Virus record (IMG/VR): IMGVR_UViG_3300008108_000033
Span: 16,754-80,753 of that record
Origin: a virus
Direction: 5' to 3' (one strand)
Length of the DNA stretch: 64,000 nt
Under the pieces are notes generated by a model, which saw nothing but the letters and a program-made list of their open reading frames with translations, was not told the origin of the DNA and searched no databases. The translations under genes were made by a program, and so were the position numbers. Below, piece after piece: positions 47,311 through 56,876 of the stretch; positions within the stretch are counted from its first letter, which is position 1; every line of letters begins with the position of its first letter.

Positions 47311-49845
47311 ATGGCAACCCCAATATGGGCTGACTTTTTCAAAACTTGGGACTTTGCATTTGCAAGAGATCCAGTTTCCCGTTCTATAGACCCGAAAGAT
47401 TTGGTCGGTGCTGGTATAGCACAGCCAGATGCTATTCCAACACTAAACCCAGATGGAAGCTTCTGGAGCAATAGCGACTCACGATTAATTCGCCTACGCG
47501 AAACTAATGATTTCATCGACCTATCAACTGTTAGTAATAGGCAGTCAAGATACAAGGAATACGAAAGACTAAGAACAATTCCAGAAATTGAATGCGCCCT
47601 CAACGTATTTTCAGATGAAGCATGCTTGGCCGGAAAAACTTTGGTATCAACGCCTTTCGGCATGATTCCAATCGAAAAATTGGCTACAACACATAAAAAT
47701 GATAAGTTTTTGGTTTACTGCTATGATTTCAGCAAAAAAGATTTCGCTCTAGGATGGGCACATAGCCCGAGAAAAACAAAAACGGCAGAAACAGTTACAG
47801 TAATACTTGACGCAGGCAAAGATATTCAATGCACACCAGACCATAGAATTTTGCTGAGAGACGGCACTTGGAAATATGCAGGCGACCTAAAAGAAGGCGA
47901 TCTCTTGATGCCTTTTTATCGCATGCCAGTAAATCAATTTTGCAACAATCTGCCAAGCAAACAATACCCCAGAATATTCACCTTTAGCCATGGCTGGATA
48001 CACGAAAGACATTTTGTAGACAGCTGGAGACTTGGAAAAGTAGACAAGAAAATGGAACGCGTATCCTATTACGCCAGACTTCTTGCCTCAGACCTAAACA
48101 TGAACCAAATCGCACAGCAAGCCGAATGCGATTGGAAGACTGTAAAAAATAGACTACGCGCAGAAGGACATACAGTAGATGAACTAAGATGGCTAGGAAA
48201 CCACAAGGATTGCAGACGAGTATTGGGCGTAGTTAAAAGCGAAGTTGTTGATGTTTATGACCTTACAGTCGAAGAACACCATAACTTTGCTACTGATTCC
48301 ACAATAGTTCATAACTGCCAAAAAGATAGCGATGGAAATGTCGTTCAAATACACTGCGCTGATGAAGATGTGAAAATGGAACTTGAATTCCTTTTCCTGC
48401 ATCGAAATATGATTAATTTAAATCGCAGAGTGTGGTCCGATTTCAAGAGCCTGCTCCTGTACGGCGATTTGTTCTATGAATTAGTTATAAATCTAGATGA
48501 CCCAAAAGAAGGCGTAATGAAAATTACGCGCCTCCCCCCAGAATCAATGTACAGAATTGAAACAACAAAAGGCAGAGTTGTAGAATTCCAGCAGTCCAAA
48601 GAAGGACCAGACTATCAAAGCTTGACCAAAGCTCCTGTTGTACATGCAACAGACCAAGAAATTGCAATGGCAACGGCTATACGATTTAGCCCAGAACAAG
48701 TAGTACACGCACGCCTAGGTGACGATAGAAGAACATTTTACCCTTACGGCGTAAGCATAGTAGAGCCAGCTAGAGGCCCCGCAAATCAATTAAGATTAAT
48801 GGAAGACTCCATGTTGGTTTATAGGCTTGCAAGAAGCCCAGAACGCAGAGTTTTCTATATCGACGTCGGACAATTGCCTCCATTTAAGGCCGAAGCATTT
48901 GTTGAAAGACTCAAAGACCAATTCCGCAAAAAGAAAGTTAGCCACCACCAAGGACAGGCTGGCGGATATAATCCAAATGCCGTTGACGAAAAATACCACG
49001 CGCCTGCGGTAGATGAAGACTTTTGGCTGCCTATCCGACCAAATTCCAACACCAAAATCGAAACTCTTCCCGGTGCTCAAAACCTAGGCGAAATTGATGA
49101 TGCAATCTATTTCCGCAATAGATTATTCACCGCTTTGCAGTTCCCTAAGAATTACATGAATACGGAAGACCCACAGCAAACCAAGGTAACCTTGAGCAGC
49201 CAAGATGTAAGAGTGGCAAGACTAATTGAGAGATTTCAGGCTCCTTATGAAGATATTCTTTGGGAAATTGCAGATAGACACTTGAAACTAAGAGGCTTCC
49301 CAACGGAAACATACGAAGACCTTAAAATAAAAATGACTCAGCCATCTGAATGGCGCGAACTAAGCCGAGCAGAAGTTGTAAATGCCAGAATTCAAAATGC
49401 AACTTCTCTCAAGGGCGCAAATATCCTTTCCGACTACGATATTCTCACCGGCTGGATGAAATACAGCGAAGAACAAGCCAAGATACTTACTGCGCGCATG
49501 AAGATGCAAAAAATCGAAGACGCAAAGCTTCAAGTGCTTTCGCAGAATCCAGCACTTCTTGGAGTTGGCATTCCCGGCACTGGCGAAGAAGACCAAAACA
49601 AAATTGGTACTACGCCCGAAGGCCCGAATAATGAACTTTCGCCAGAAGGATTGCCGGCACCAGAATCCCAACCTCCAGAACAAGGCGAAGAGGCATCGGC
49701 AAAAGAACAACCAGCAGCAGATGTACAGTCAAGCACCGTACTCAAACAGCCAAACGAAGAAGATTTGGTCAAGTACGATATTGAAATCCAGAATTATGCA
49801 AGCGAAGAAGATATCGAACCAGTAGATTACAGCGATTACGAATAA
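47311..49845 (+). CDS. gp20: Portal protein, T4 gp20-like, containing an intein
   Basis: PEIECALNVFSDEA, PYGVSIVEPAR..ANQLRLMEDSMLVYRLARSPERRVFYIDVG and EDFWLP...IETLPGAQNLG motifs. Confidence 0.95.
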   Translation: MATPIWADFFKTWDFAFARDPVSRSIDPKDLVGAGIAQPDAIPTLNPDGSFWSNSDSRLIRLRETNDFIDLSTVSNRQSRYKEYERLRTIPEIECALNVFSDEACLAGKTLVSTPFGMIPIEKLATTHKNDKFLVYCYDFSKKDFALGWAHSPRKTKTAETVTVILDAGKDIQCTPDHRILLRDGTWKYAGDLKEGDLLMPFYRMPVNQFCNNLPSKQYPRIFTFSHGWIHERHFVDSWRLGKVDKKMERVSYYARLLASDLNMNQIAQQAECDWKTVKNRLRAEGHTVDELRWLGNHKDCRRVLGVVKSEVVDVYDLTVEEHHNFATDSTIVHNCQKDSDGNVVQIHCADEDVKMELEFLFLHRNMINLNRRVWSDFKSLLLYGDLFYELVINLDDPKEGVMKITRLPPESMYRIETTKGRVVEFQQSKEGPDYQSLTKAPVVHATDQEIAMATAIRFSPEQVVHARLGDDRRTFYPYGVSIVEPARGPANQLRLMEDSMLVYRLARSPERRVFYIDVGQLPPFKAEAFVERLKDQFRKKKVSHHQGQAGGYNPNAVDEKYHAPAVDEDFWLPIRPNSNTKIETLPGAQNLGEIDDAIYFRNRLFTALQFPKNYMNTEDPQQTKVTLSSQDVRVARLIERFQAPYEDILWEIADRHLKLRGFPTETYEDLKIKMTQPSEWRELSRAEVVNARIQNATSLKGANILSDYDILTGWMKYSEEQAKILTARMKMQKIEDAKLQVLSQNPALLGVGIPGTGEEDQNKIGTTPEGPNNELSPEGLPAPESQPPEQGEEASAKEQPAADVQSSTVLKQPNEEDLVKYDIEIQNYASEEDIEPVDYSDYE
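47623..48315 (+). mobile_element. Intein (231 aa) in the portal gene, homing endonuclease degenerate
   Basis: Block A CLAGKTLV, block B TPDH, block F VYDLTVEEHHNF, block G IVHN followed by a +1 Cys. Confidence 0.93.
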
Positions 49846-50225
49846 TAGTTGTTATTGGTAGCGCCGTTTTGATTCGGATTAGGATCATTTATTACTTGGT
49901 TTTCGCCGTCTAAATAACCAAGACCCTTAGTTATGGGGTTTTGAAAAAAACTTTTTATTCTTGCAACCATGTTGTCTTTCAATTTGTCACCGTAGTCGCC
50001 CTTGGCGTTACTAATAACAAAATCTGCAGCTTGAACAAATCCATTTCTAGAATTTAAAATCTGACCGAACAGTTCTACAATCTGATTTTTTATTATTCTT
50101 CTGTCTTCAACATCTAATTTTGAAAACATATTCAATATCTCATCCTTGTTGGCAGTAGAAATCTCAGAAGGTTTAAATCCCCTAAAATCCGTTTTTTCTT
50201 GTAAATACTGCGAAAATTTTTTCAT
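49836..50225 (-). CDS. Hypothetical protein with capsid-targeting-like N-terminus (MKKFSQYLQE)
   Basis: 129 aa, inside the head module. Confidence 0.6.
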   Translation of the reverse strand: MKKFSQYLQEKTDFRGFKPSEISTANKDEILNMFSKLDVEDRRIIKNQIVELFGQILNSRNGFVQAADFVISNAKGDYGDKLKDNMVARIKSFFQNPITKGLGYLDGENQVINDPNPNQNGATNNNYYS

Positions 50226-50373
50226 GTGCCACCAATTTTGCGTTCTTCTGCATAGATAAATGGTTAGTTGGATGTATTTTTTCTTTGTATATCTACTAAA
50301 ACAAAGAATTACCTCCTTTAATATATAACGATGGGAAAGTTATATTAAAAAAAATCTTTCAAGGAGATTTGAG

Positions 50374-52236
50374 ATGAAAAAGAAATTTGTCGATTTTGAA
50401 ACATACAAAAATATCGAAAAGGGATCTATCACTTCCATAGAAAGAGAACTTATCGAATCCGCCGAGTTGGTTGGCAGAGTTGTCGGCGACGAAAATGTAC
50501 AGTTTTACTGCATGACTGAAGATACCGCCACTTTCGTGAACAGCGACGGCAACTTCATTCAAGCTGCTTTTACTGTAGAACAAGACAAGATTTTGCTTGA
50601 AAATATTCAAGAAGTAGTAGTAGAGCAAGAAAATCTACAGAAGGCTCGCAAAGACGTTATTGCCGCCATGGTTGATAATATCCTAGAAGACAAAATGGAT
50701 GAAGCTAACGTTAACTTCTCCGAATACTTCGAAACTCCCGTCGTAAAAGCATCACTTCGCGAGGGTGTCCTTACCGAATCCAAGAAGCATGGCAAGAAAA
50801 AGAAGAAGGGAATGCCCGAAGGACTCAAGAAATATCTCGCTAAGCACGGATCCCCACTCCACAAGAAGGGGAAAATGGGCAAGCACGACAAGAGGGACAT
50901 GAAGAAGTCCACTCTAGACGCAAAGAGACTAAAGAAAGTAGCTGAAAAAGCTGGCGATCATAAGCTCAAAGAATGGGGCGTAATTGCCAAGAATATCCTT
51001 GAGTTCGTTGATTTCCGCACAAATGGTGACCTATATCAAAACGTTCGCACACAACGTGACAACAAGGGCAACGTTGTAGCACTCAGCGTTCCTCGCAATA
51101 ACCTCCGCAATGAAGGCAAAATTCTTATGCTTCAGTATAAGGATATGGCCAACATCATCGACGGACGTTACAAGACTCTTTGCGAGAGCTTCTCACAACA
51201 GCCAACTTGGATTAAGGCCGTTACCGACATGCGTCGTTTTAACGCCATGTCTTCCCAAGAAGACCTCCAAACCTGCTTCGAGAACGTTGTTACAGCTTGG
51301 CCAGCTCTACTCTACCTCCGTAGAGAAGAAGTTGCCGATAAGATCAACGAAGCTCTTACCATGTCTGGTGTCAAGAATTTCAGCGATGAAACATGCGCTT
51401 TCTTGGCTGACGGTGTTATCCGCACCGCACACAAGACCTACTCCGATAAGGTTGGCAAAATCTTCAATATCGCCGGCAAAGCCGCTGATCTTGATGACTT
51501 CGATGCCTTCGCCACTGTCGCAGAAGCAGTCTTCGCCAAAGCCGACGAAACCGCTCGCTCCGAGAAGCAGGTATTCAAGGACCTATACCGCTCACTCAGC
51601 GAAGTTTATAACATCAGCCGCCGTACAGGTGACGCTGCAACCTCAACCGAAGTTGCTAGCCTAATTCACGAGTGCGAAAGCGTTCTAAAGAATGAATCAA
51701 CTCCAAACCTACTAGTAGCCGAAGACCTAGCCCTCTACCTAGAGGCCGCTACTCAGGCACTAGACTTCGACGGCGCTCCTTGGACTGTAATGGCTCCAGT
51801 TATTAGCCTAAATGGCGATAACCCATTCATTCACAAGTACGGCGCTATGAACGGAGCCCCCGGCGATCACACCGGACCCTACAACCTAAGCCCCACATCC
51901 GATGGCCACACCGTAAAAGTGGACATTAAAGATATGGAGTACTACACAGATATGAAGGGTAAAGACCTAAACCCAGAAGTACGCAATCCCTATGTCCCAC
52001 AGGCTGGTGATTTCGTAATCAAGGGCGCTACCCCAATCGAATCTGACTCCGATATCCTCGGACAAGATGGCGGAAAAGATACATGGCCTGCTCTAAGCAA
52101 TCCATATATTCCCGGACCAGAAATGACACTAGGTGATAGCTTCAAGCTGATTGATCCCAGCAACGCTTACACCTACTACAAAAAGCATGACAGCGGAATG
52201 GTAAAAGACCATGACGTATTGGCTGACGGCGAATAA
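50374..52236 (+). CDS. Putative prohead core protein
   Basis: Lies between portal and protease; strong RBS; highly biased codon usage; LxE sites and a Lys-rich insert. Confidence 0.6.
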   Translation: MKKKFVDFETYKNIEKGSITSIERELIESAELVGRVVGDENVQFYCMTEDTATFVNSDGNFIQAAFTVEQDKILLENIQEVVVEQENLQKARKDVIAAMVDNILEDKMDEANVNFSEYFETPVVKASLREGVLTESKKHGKKKKKGMPEGLKKYLAKHGSPLHKKGKMGKHDKRDMKKSTLDAKRLKKVAEKAGDHKLKEWGVIAKNILEFVDFRTNGDLYQNVRTQRDNKGNVVALSVPRNNLRNEGKILMLQYKDMANIIDGRYKTLCESFSQQPTWIKAVTDMRRFNAMSSQEDLQTCFENVVTAWPALLYLRREEVADKINEALTMSGVKNFSDETCAFLADGVIRTAHKTYSDKVGKIFNIAGKAADLDDFDAFATVAEAVFAKADETARSEKQVFKDLYRSLSEVYNISRRTGDAATSTEVASLIHECESVLKNESTPNLLVAEDLALYLEAATQALDFDGAPWTVMAPVISLNGDNPFIHKYGAMNGAPGDHTGPYNLSPTSDGHTVKVDIKDMEYYTDMKGKDLNPEVRNPYVPQAGDFVIKGATPIESDSDILGQDGGKDTWPALSNPYIPGPEMTLGDSFKLIDPSNAYTYYKKHDSGMVKDHDVLADGE

Positions 52237-52250
52237 TTAAAGGAGAAACC

Positions 52251-52922
52251 GTGAATCAATATCTACTTATTGACTGCTGCACGCACGGAGGCATCGAGCT
52301 TTCCATGAATGAGTCCTCAGAACGAGGACTCACCAAATTCCGTGGAAAATTCCAAGAGGCGGAAGCCGTTAACAAAAACAAAAGAATGTACAGCTACGAT
52401 GTACTTAATGAGAATGTAAAGAAATTGCAAGAATGCGTAAAAGCAAGAGGACTTGTGGGCGAGTTAGATCACCCAGAAGACAGCATTATTCACTTCGAAA
52501 AAGCATCACACGTTATTACTAAATTGTGGTGGGAAGGCAGCATCCTCATGGGCGAAGGAGAAATCCTCAATACACCCCATGGTAAGATTCTGAAAGCCCT
52601 AATCAATGACGGTGTCCGCGTTGGTGTTTCTTCCCGTGGCGTAGGCAACGGAAAGACGAATGAAAATGGCATCCTTGTAATTGATGAGTCCTATAAACTC
52701 ATCACATTCGATGTGGTAGCTGACCCATCGACATTCGCCGCCTTCCAAAAGAAAGTTGGCACCACCAAGGAGAGTCAGGAGTACTCTCCAGCGGTTTTTG
52801 AAAAATCCCAGAAAAAAAATGAGACCAGAAGCATACATAATGTTAATAAAGATGCTCTGATAGCATGTCTGGGCGGGTTTGTAAAAGAACAAACTAACAA
52901 CATCAAAATGAGGTTAGGATAA
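52251..52922 (+). CDS. gp21: Prohead protease, T4 gp21-like
   Basis: NKNKRMY, GELDHP, GVSSRGVG and FDVVADPS motifs; GTG start with AAGGAG. Confidence 0.95.
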   Translation: MNQYLLIDCCTHGGIELSMNESSERGLTKFRGKFQEAEAVNKNKRMYSYDVLNENVKKLQECVKARGLVGELDHPEDSIIHFEKASHVITKLWWEGSILMGEGEILNTPHGKILKALINDGVRVGVSSRGVGNGKTNENGILVIDESYKLITFDVVADPSTFAAFQKKVGTTKESQEYSPAVFEKSQKKNETRSIHNVNKDALIACLGGFVKEQTNNIKMRLG

Positions 52923-53827
52923 TGGAACACAAAATCGTTGAATCACTAAAGAAGCTTTTGCCTGAGGATCAAGTTAACGAGGTCGCTTCGGCTGTATCTG
53001 AAATGCTCGCAGAAGCTACTGAGAAGCTCGAACAAGAATACAACAAGAATCTTGAAGAGGCTTACGCACAGCTTTCAGCCGAATTGGCTGGCGCTGAAAA
53101 AACAGCTTACCAAGGATACCAAGAGGCTTATGAGATCATCAACGACTTAAATGCCCGCTTGGACATCCAGAAGGAAGAATTCGAGAGAACTCTCGAAGAA
53201 GGTTACGAAGAAGCATATCAAATGCTCCTTTCCGAAAGAAACAGCAAGGGACAAGTTGAAGTTGACCTCTACGAGGAATACGACGGCAAACTCGCTGAAA
53301 TGAAAAACTATATCGTGGAGAAGGTCGATCAGTTCCTCCAGCTCAAGGGCGGAGAAATCTACGAGCAAGCTCGTCACGACCTTATGAACGATCCCCGCGT
53401 CGTTGAGCACAAAGTCGCTCTAGACAAGATCGTTAATATCACAAGCAACTACCTCTCCGATGAAGAGAAGACATTTGCTACCTCCACTAAGTTAGACGAA
53501 GCTATGAAGAAAGTTGACGAACTAAAAGGACAGCTACGCATGCTCGAAGCACGTAACATCCGACTCTCAACCGACAACACTCGCCTAACCGAGTCTGTAC
53601 GCAAAACCCAAAACGTCCTCACAGAAAGCCGCAAAGCTTCCCCTGTCGAGAACAAGAAGGCCAAATTGATTACAGAACAGAAAGAAAGAGCTGCGAAAGT
53701 AAAGAATGCAAGCGGGAGAGGACATATTGACACCGAAAACGTCCAAGTTATTGCGGAATATAACAACGGCGGCGGTGAAGTAAACGAGCTACTTATTCTA
53801 TCAGGCGTTAAGAAGAATAAGAACTAA
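52922..53827 (+). CDS. gp22: Prohead scaffolding protein, gp22-like
   Basis: Acidic coiled coil between protease and capsid genes; LTE/ITE sites; C-terminal LILSGVK. Confidence 0.8.
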   Translation: MEHKIVESLKKLLPEDQVNEVASAVSEMLAEATEKLEQEYNKNLEEAYAQLSAELAGAEKTAYQGYQEAYEIINDLNARLDIQKEEFERTLEEGYEEAYQMLLSERNSKGQVEVDLYEEYDGKLAEMKNYIVEKVDQFLQLKGGEIYEQARHDLMNDPRVVEHKVALDKIVNITSNYLSDEEKTFATSTKLDEAMKKVDELKGQLRMLEARNIRLSTDNTRLTESVRKTQNVLTESRKASPVENKKAKLITEQKERAAKVKNASGRGHIDTENVQVIAEYNNGGGEVNELLILSGVKKNKN

Positions 53828-53845
53828 TCTTAATAGGAGTAATAC

Positions 53846-55285
53846 ATGAACGCTAATGCACGTTTTTTGAATGAAGCAAGAGAATTAGAGACTCGTTGGA
53901 GCAAAACCGGTATTCTAAAGGGCATCGAAGACCCTTATGTCCGCTCTGCTACAGCAGTTCTACTAGAGAATCAGAGACTTATCAATGAAACAGCAACCGA
54001 CACATCCGACGTTGCTCAGTTCAAGAGAATCTCCATTCCTCTTGTCCGTCGTATCTATCCCCAGCTAATCGCTAACAAGATTGTTAGTGTGCAGCCCCTA
54101 CTCGGCCCAACCGGCTTGGTATACTACCTCCGCTTCCGTTATAGCTCCAACAAGGGCTATATGCAGGGCGCTTCCAACGACAGCGGCTTCCCCGCTGACG
54201 ATGTGAACTCCCTCCAGCAGAGGGCTAGTGGTGATGCCAATCTTGACATCTACTACTCCAGCCAGTTCGTCCAGAACGAGAAGACCCCTGACACCATCGC
54301 CGTTCCTAACGCGACCGTCAACATGGGTAACTTCCAACACACCCCGATTCTCGCGGGAACAATCACCGGTACTGTCTACCTAAACGGCACTGTCACACAG
54401 ACCTTCACCGTAGCCAGCAACGGCACCTTCACCTTCAATACCGTTTCCGGTACTGACCTCGCCACCAGCGGTTCACTAGACCTCAACACTGGCGGTTTCA
54501 GCCTAACTTGGAACGGCACTGCAGCCGGCCCTGTTTACTGCGTAGTCTCCTACGAGTACAACATGGAATGCAATCAGGACCTCCCTGAAATCAACCTAGT
54601 CGTTGAGTCAGAAGAGATCGCTGCCAAGACTCGCAAATTGAAGGCCGTTTGGTCCTATGAGGCTCAGCAGGACCTCCGCTCTCAGCACAATCTAGACGCT
54701 GAGGCTGAGTTGACCGCTGTTCTAGCTCAGGAAATCAACCTAGAAATCGACCGTGAGTGCGTTCAGGACCTTCGCCAGAACGCCGGTACTGTCGCTGCTT
54801 GGGACCTCGCTACCGCCCTTGGTGATACCATCAAGGAAAAGTATGAGTCTCTCTACGTGAAGATCGTTGAAGTTTCCAACGTCATCCACAGAAAGACCCT
54901 ACGTGGCGGCGCTAACTTCATCGTGACCTCACCTGAAGTTTCCTCAATCTTCGAGACAGCCACCGCAGGTTTCGCACCAGCTCCTTCTGAGACATTTACT
55001 AGCTCACTTGGTATTCAGTACGTCGGTACTGTTGCTAACCGCTATCGTCTCTACAAGGACCCCCTATTCCCAACCAACCAGTTGTTGATGGGTTATAAGG
55101 GCGACTCCTACATGGATTCGGGCTACTTCTACTGCCCCTATGTACCACTAACACAAACACCAGTTGTGCTAGATCCAGAGTCTTTCTGTCCGAGAAAGGG
55201 TATATTGACCCGCTACGGAAAAAAATTACTCAGGGAAGGCGCAAAGTTTTATGCGAGATTAAGTATCGCAAATTTCGTAGTTTGA
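53846..55285 (+). CDS. gp23: Major capsid protein, T4 gp23-like
   Basis: LLENQ, PLVRR, VQPLLGPTG, AKTRKLKA.WS.EAQQDL, EINLEIDRE, YCPYVPL and TRYG motifs. Confidence 0.97.
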   Translation: MNANARFLNEARELETRWSKTGILKGIEDPYVRSATAVLLENQRLINETATDTSDVAQFKRISIPLVRRIYPQLIANKIVSVQPLLGPTGLVYYLRFRYSSNKGYMQGASNDSGFPADDVNSLQQRASGDANLDIYYSSQFVQNEKTPDTIAVPNATVNMGNFQHTPILAGTITGTVYLNGTVTQTFTVASNGTFTFNTVSGTDLATSGSLDLNTGGFSLTWNGTAAGPVYCVVSYEYNMECNQDLPEINLVVESEEIAAKTRKLKAVWSYEAQQDLRSQHNLDAEAELTAVLAQEINLEIDRECVQDLRQNAGTVAAWDLATALGDTIKEKYESLYVKIVEVSNVIHRKTLRGGANFIVTSPEVSSIFETATAGFAPAPSETFTSSLGIQYVGTVANRYRLYKDPLFPTNQLLMGYKGDSYMDSGYFYCPYVPLTQTPVVLDPESFCPRKGILTRYGKKLLREGAKFYARLSIANFVV

Positions 55286-55314
55286 TTTTACACTATCAAT
55301 ATCCTAAATATTGG

Positions 55315-55352
55315 CAAGAAACCTCAGAGAAATCTGGGGTTTCTTGTTTTTT
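55315..55352 (+). terminator. Rho-independent terminator after the major capsid gene
   Basis: CAAGAAACCTCAGA-GAAA-TCTGGGGTTTCTTG stem-loop followed by T6. Confidence 0.85.
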
Positions 55353-55420
55353 ATACTGTTTGTTGAATTTAAACAAATTTTGTCCTATAATAGTAATATA
55401 TATTTGCAAGGGGACAAAAA

Positions 55421-56236
55421 ATGCCAAATTTAAGATTAAGACGGTATCATTGGCACAATTCGCCAAAAGCAGGAACAGTGTATCTAGATTCTTCTTATGA
55501 GTTAAAAGCCGCCATGATTCTTGATGAAGATGCGAATGTTTCAAGTTATTCTGTTCATGAAATTTTTTATACTCCTGCTGGGAAAAAGAGATTTACGGAT
55601 TTCATAGTAAAATTTGTTAATGGAGAAATTTGTTTGATTGAAATAAAGCCACTTCGTCGCGTGCCACAGTATGTGGATCAAATCGAAGATAACAAAAATT
55701 TTGCTGAAACCAATTCATGGAAATTCAAAGTTTGGACTGAGTCAGATCTAGGATTTTCAAACGAGTCTGACGCAACTGCATGGGCTGATTTTTACTTGTC
55801 CCAAATTGATGGCAAAGATTATTCTCAAATAAGAAAATTAAGAGCTACACAAAGAGTCAAAAAGCATTATCATGAAAAATTAAAGCAAGACATTTTGCAA
55901 TTTCATTGTAAATATTGCAACTGCAATCATGAAATGCTGAGGCTTACATATGATAGAGATGTTTTAAACAATGATGATTGGGTTTGTATACATGAAAATG
56001 GCAGACGTACAGGGCGGTTGCCAAAGGATCATTTGAAGAAGCTTAATCCTTATGAGTCCGAAGGAAAGAAAGAGTGTAGAAGTTGCAGGGAGATAAAAGA
56101 AATTAACGGTTACTTTACATACAAGGATAAATCTAGAGGAACTTACATGCTCGATTGTAATTCATGCAGAGCAGCAGCAGCGACAGCAAAATATCAGGCT
56201 AAAAAAGCAAAGTCAAAATCAGAAACACTACTATAA
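55421..56236 (+). CDS. TnsA-like PD-(D/E)XK endonuclease with C-terminal Zn-binding motifs (putative free-standing homing endonuclease)
   Basis: DSSYE...FTDFIV...IEIKP catalytic core; CKYC, CRSC and CNSC pairs; own CCTATAATA motif upstream. Confidence 0.7.
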   Translation: MPNLRLRRYHWHNSPKAGTVYLDSSYELKAAMILDEDANVSSYSVHEIFYTPAGKKRFTDFIVKFVNGEICLIEIKPLRRVPQYVDQIEDNKNFAETNSWKFKVWTESDLGFSNESDATAWADFYLSQIDGKDYSQIRKLRATQRVKKHYHEKLKQDILQFHCKYCNCNHEMLRLTYDRDVLNNDDWVCIHENGRRTGRLPKDHLKKLNPYESEGKKECRSCREIKEINGYFTYKDKSRGTYMLDCNSCRAAAATAKYQAKKAKSKSETLL

Positions 56237-56283
56237 TACTTTATATGCATTAATTGCATACTTTATGCTATAAAATCATATTT

Positions 56284-56355
56284 GCGGGTGTGGCATATCG
56301 GCTGTGCGTTAGGTTTCCAACCTAATTTAGGTGGGTTCGACTCCCTCCATCCGCT
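56284..56355 (+). tRNA. trnG: tRNA-Gly (TCC)
   Basis: Cloverleaf with acceptor GCGGGTG/CATCCGC, anticodon arm TTAGG-TTTCCAA-CCTAA, T-loop TTCGACT and discriminator T. CCA is not encoded. Confidence 0.92.
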
Positions 56356-56836
56356 ATTTTCTTCTATTAGCTGAGTTATAGAGATTAGTTGCGACGACAT
56401 CTTTGAATTTATTTTGTAATTGTTTTAATTTTCCGATGGCGTATTGATCGGCAACGCGTTCGATGCGTCTGATTACTTTAACGGCATCTTTAGTAGAAAT
56501 TTCGTTTTTGAAGTATGCCCACATGTTATGAAATCCGTGTTTTTGGTATTGGTATTGGTGGGCAATTTCGTGGAAAATAACGTAGAGTAGGAATGAGAGG
56601 TCGTAGTCGAATAGGGAGGGGTTTAGAATTACTCTATCTTTTAGTGAGGCGGCTAGAGCTGGGCCGAAGCTTTCAATTTTGATTTCTGGTGTGCCGCTAT
56701 TTACGATGAAGTCTTTGATATGTTGGATAAGAGAATCTTCAACTTCTGGGTGTGAGCTTTTTAAGTGCTGGATGAGGGTATCCAGACCGGGAATTTTTTT
56801 TGAATCTTCTGTGAGAAACCAATATTTGAACTTCAT
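56354..56836 (-). CDS. Small HEXXH zinc metallopeptidase-like protein with capsid-targeting-like N-terminus
   Basis: Start MKFKYWFLTE; YVIFHEIAHQYQ plus downstream ERVADQYA. Confidence 0.7.
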   Translation of the reverse strand: MKFKYWFLTEDSKKIPGLDTLIQHLKSSHPEVEDSLIQHIKDFIVNSGTPEIKIESFGPALAASLKDRVILNPSLFDYDLSFLLYVIFHEIAHQYQYQKHGFHNMWAYFKNEISTKDAVKVIRRIERVADQYAIGKLKQLQNKFKDVVATNLYNSANRRK

Positions 56837-56876
56837 GTAGTATTTATTGTTTGGTATAATTATTTGGAGGTGCATT

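Noticed and set aside
47262-47663. N-terminal extension of the 294-aa minus-strand ORF 46779-47663
   Set aside because: It overlaps the conserved portal gene antisense; the plausible start is the ATG at 47261.
51110-51664. 184-aa alternative-frame ORF inside the core protein gene
   Set aside because: Ser/Pro/Leu-rich product expected from C-ending codon bias; no independent evidence.
56284-56356. tRNA-Gly 3' end as an integration (att) site
   Set aside because: It overlaps the neighbouring stop codon by 2 nt, but I found no duplicated tRNA 3' fragment or integrase in the window.
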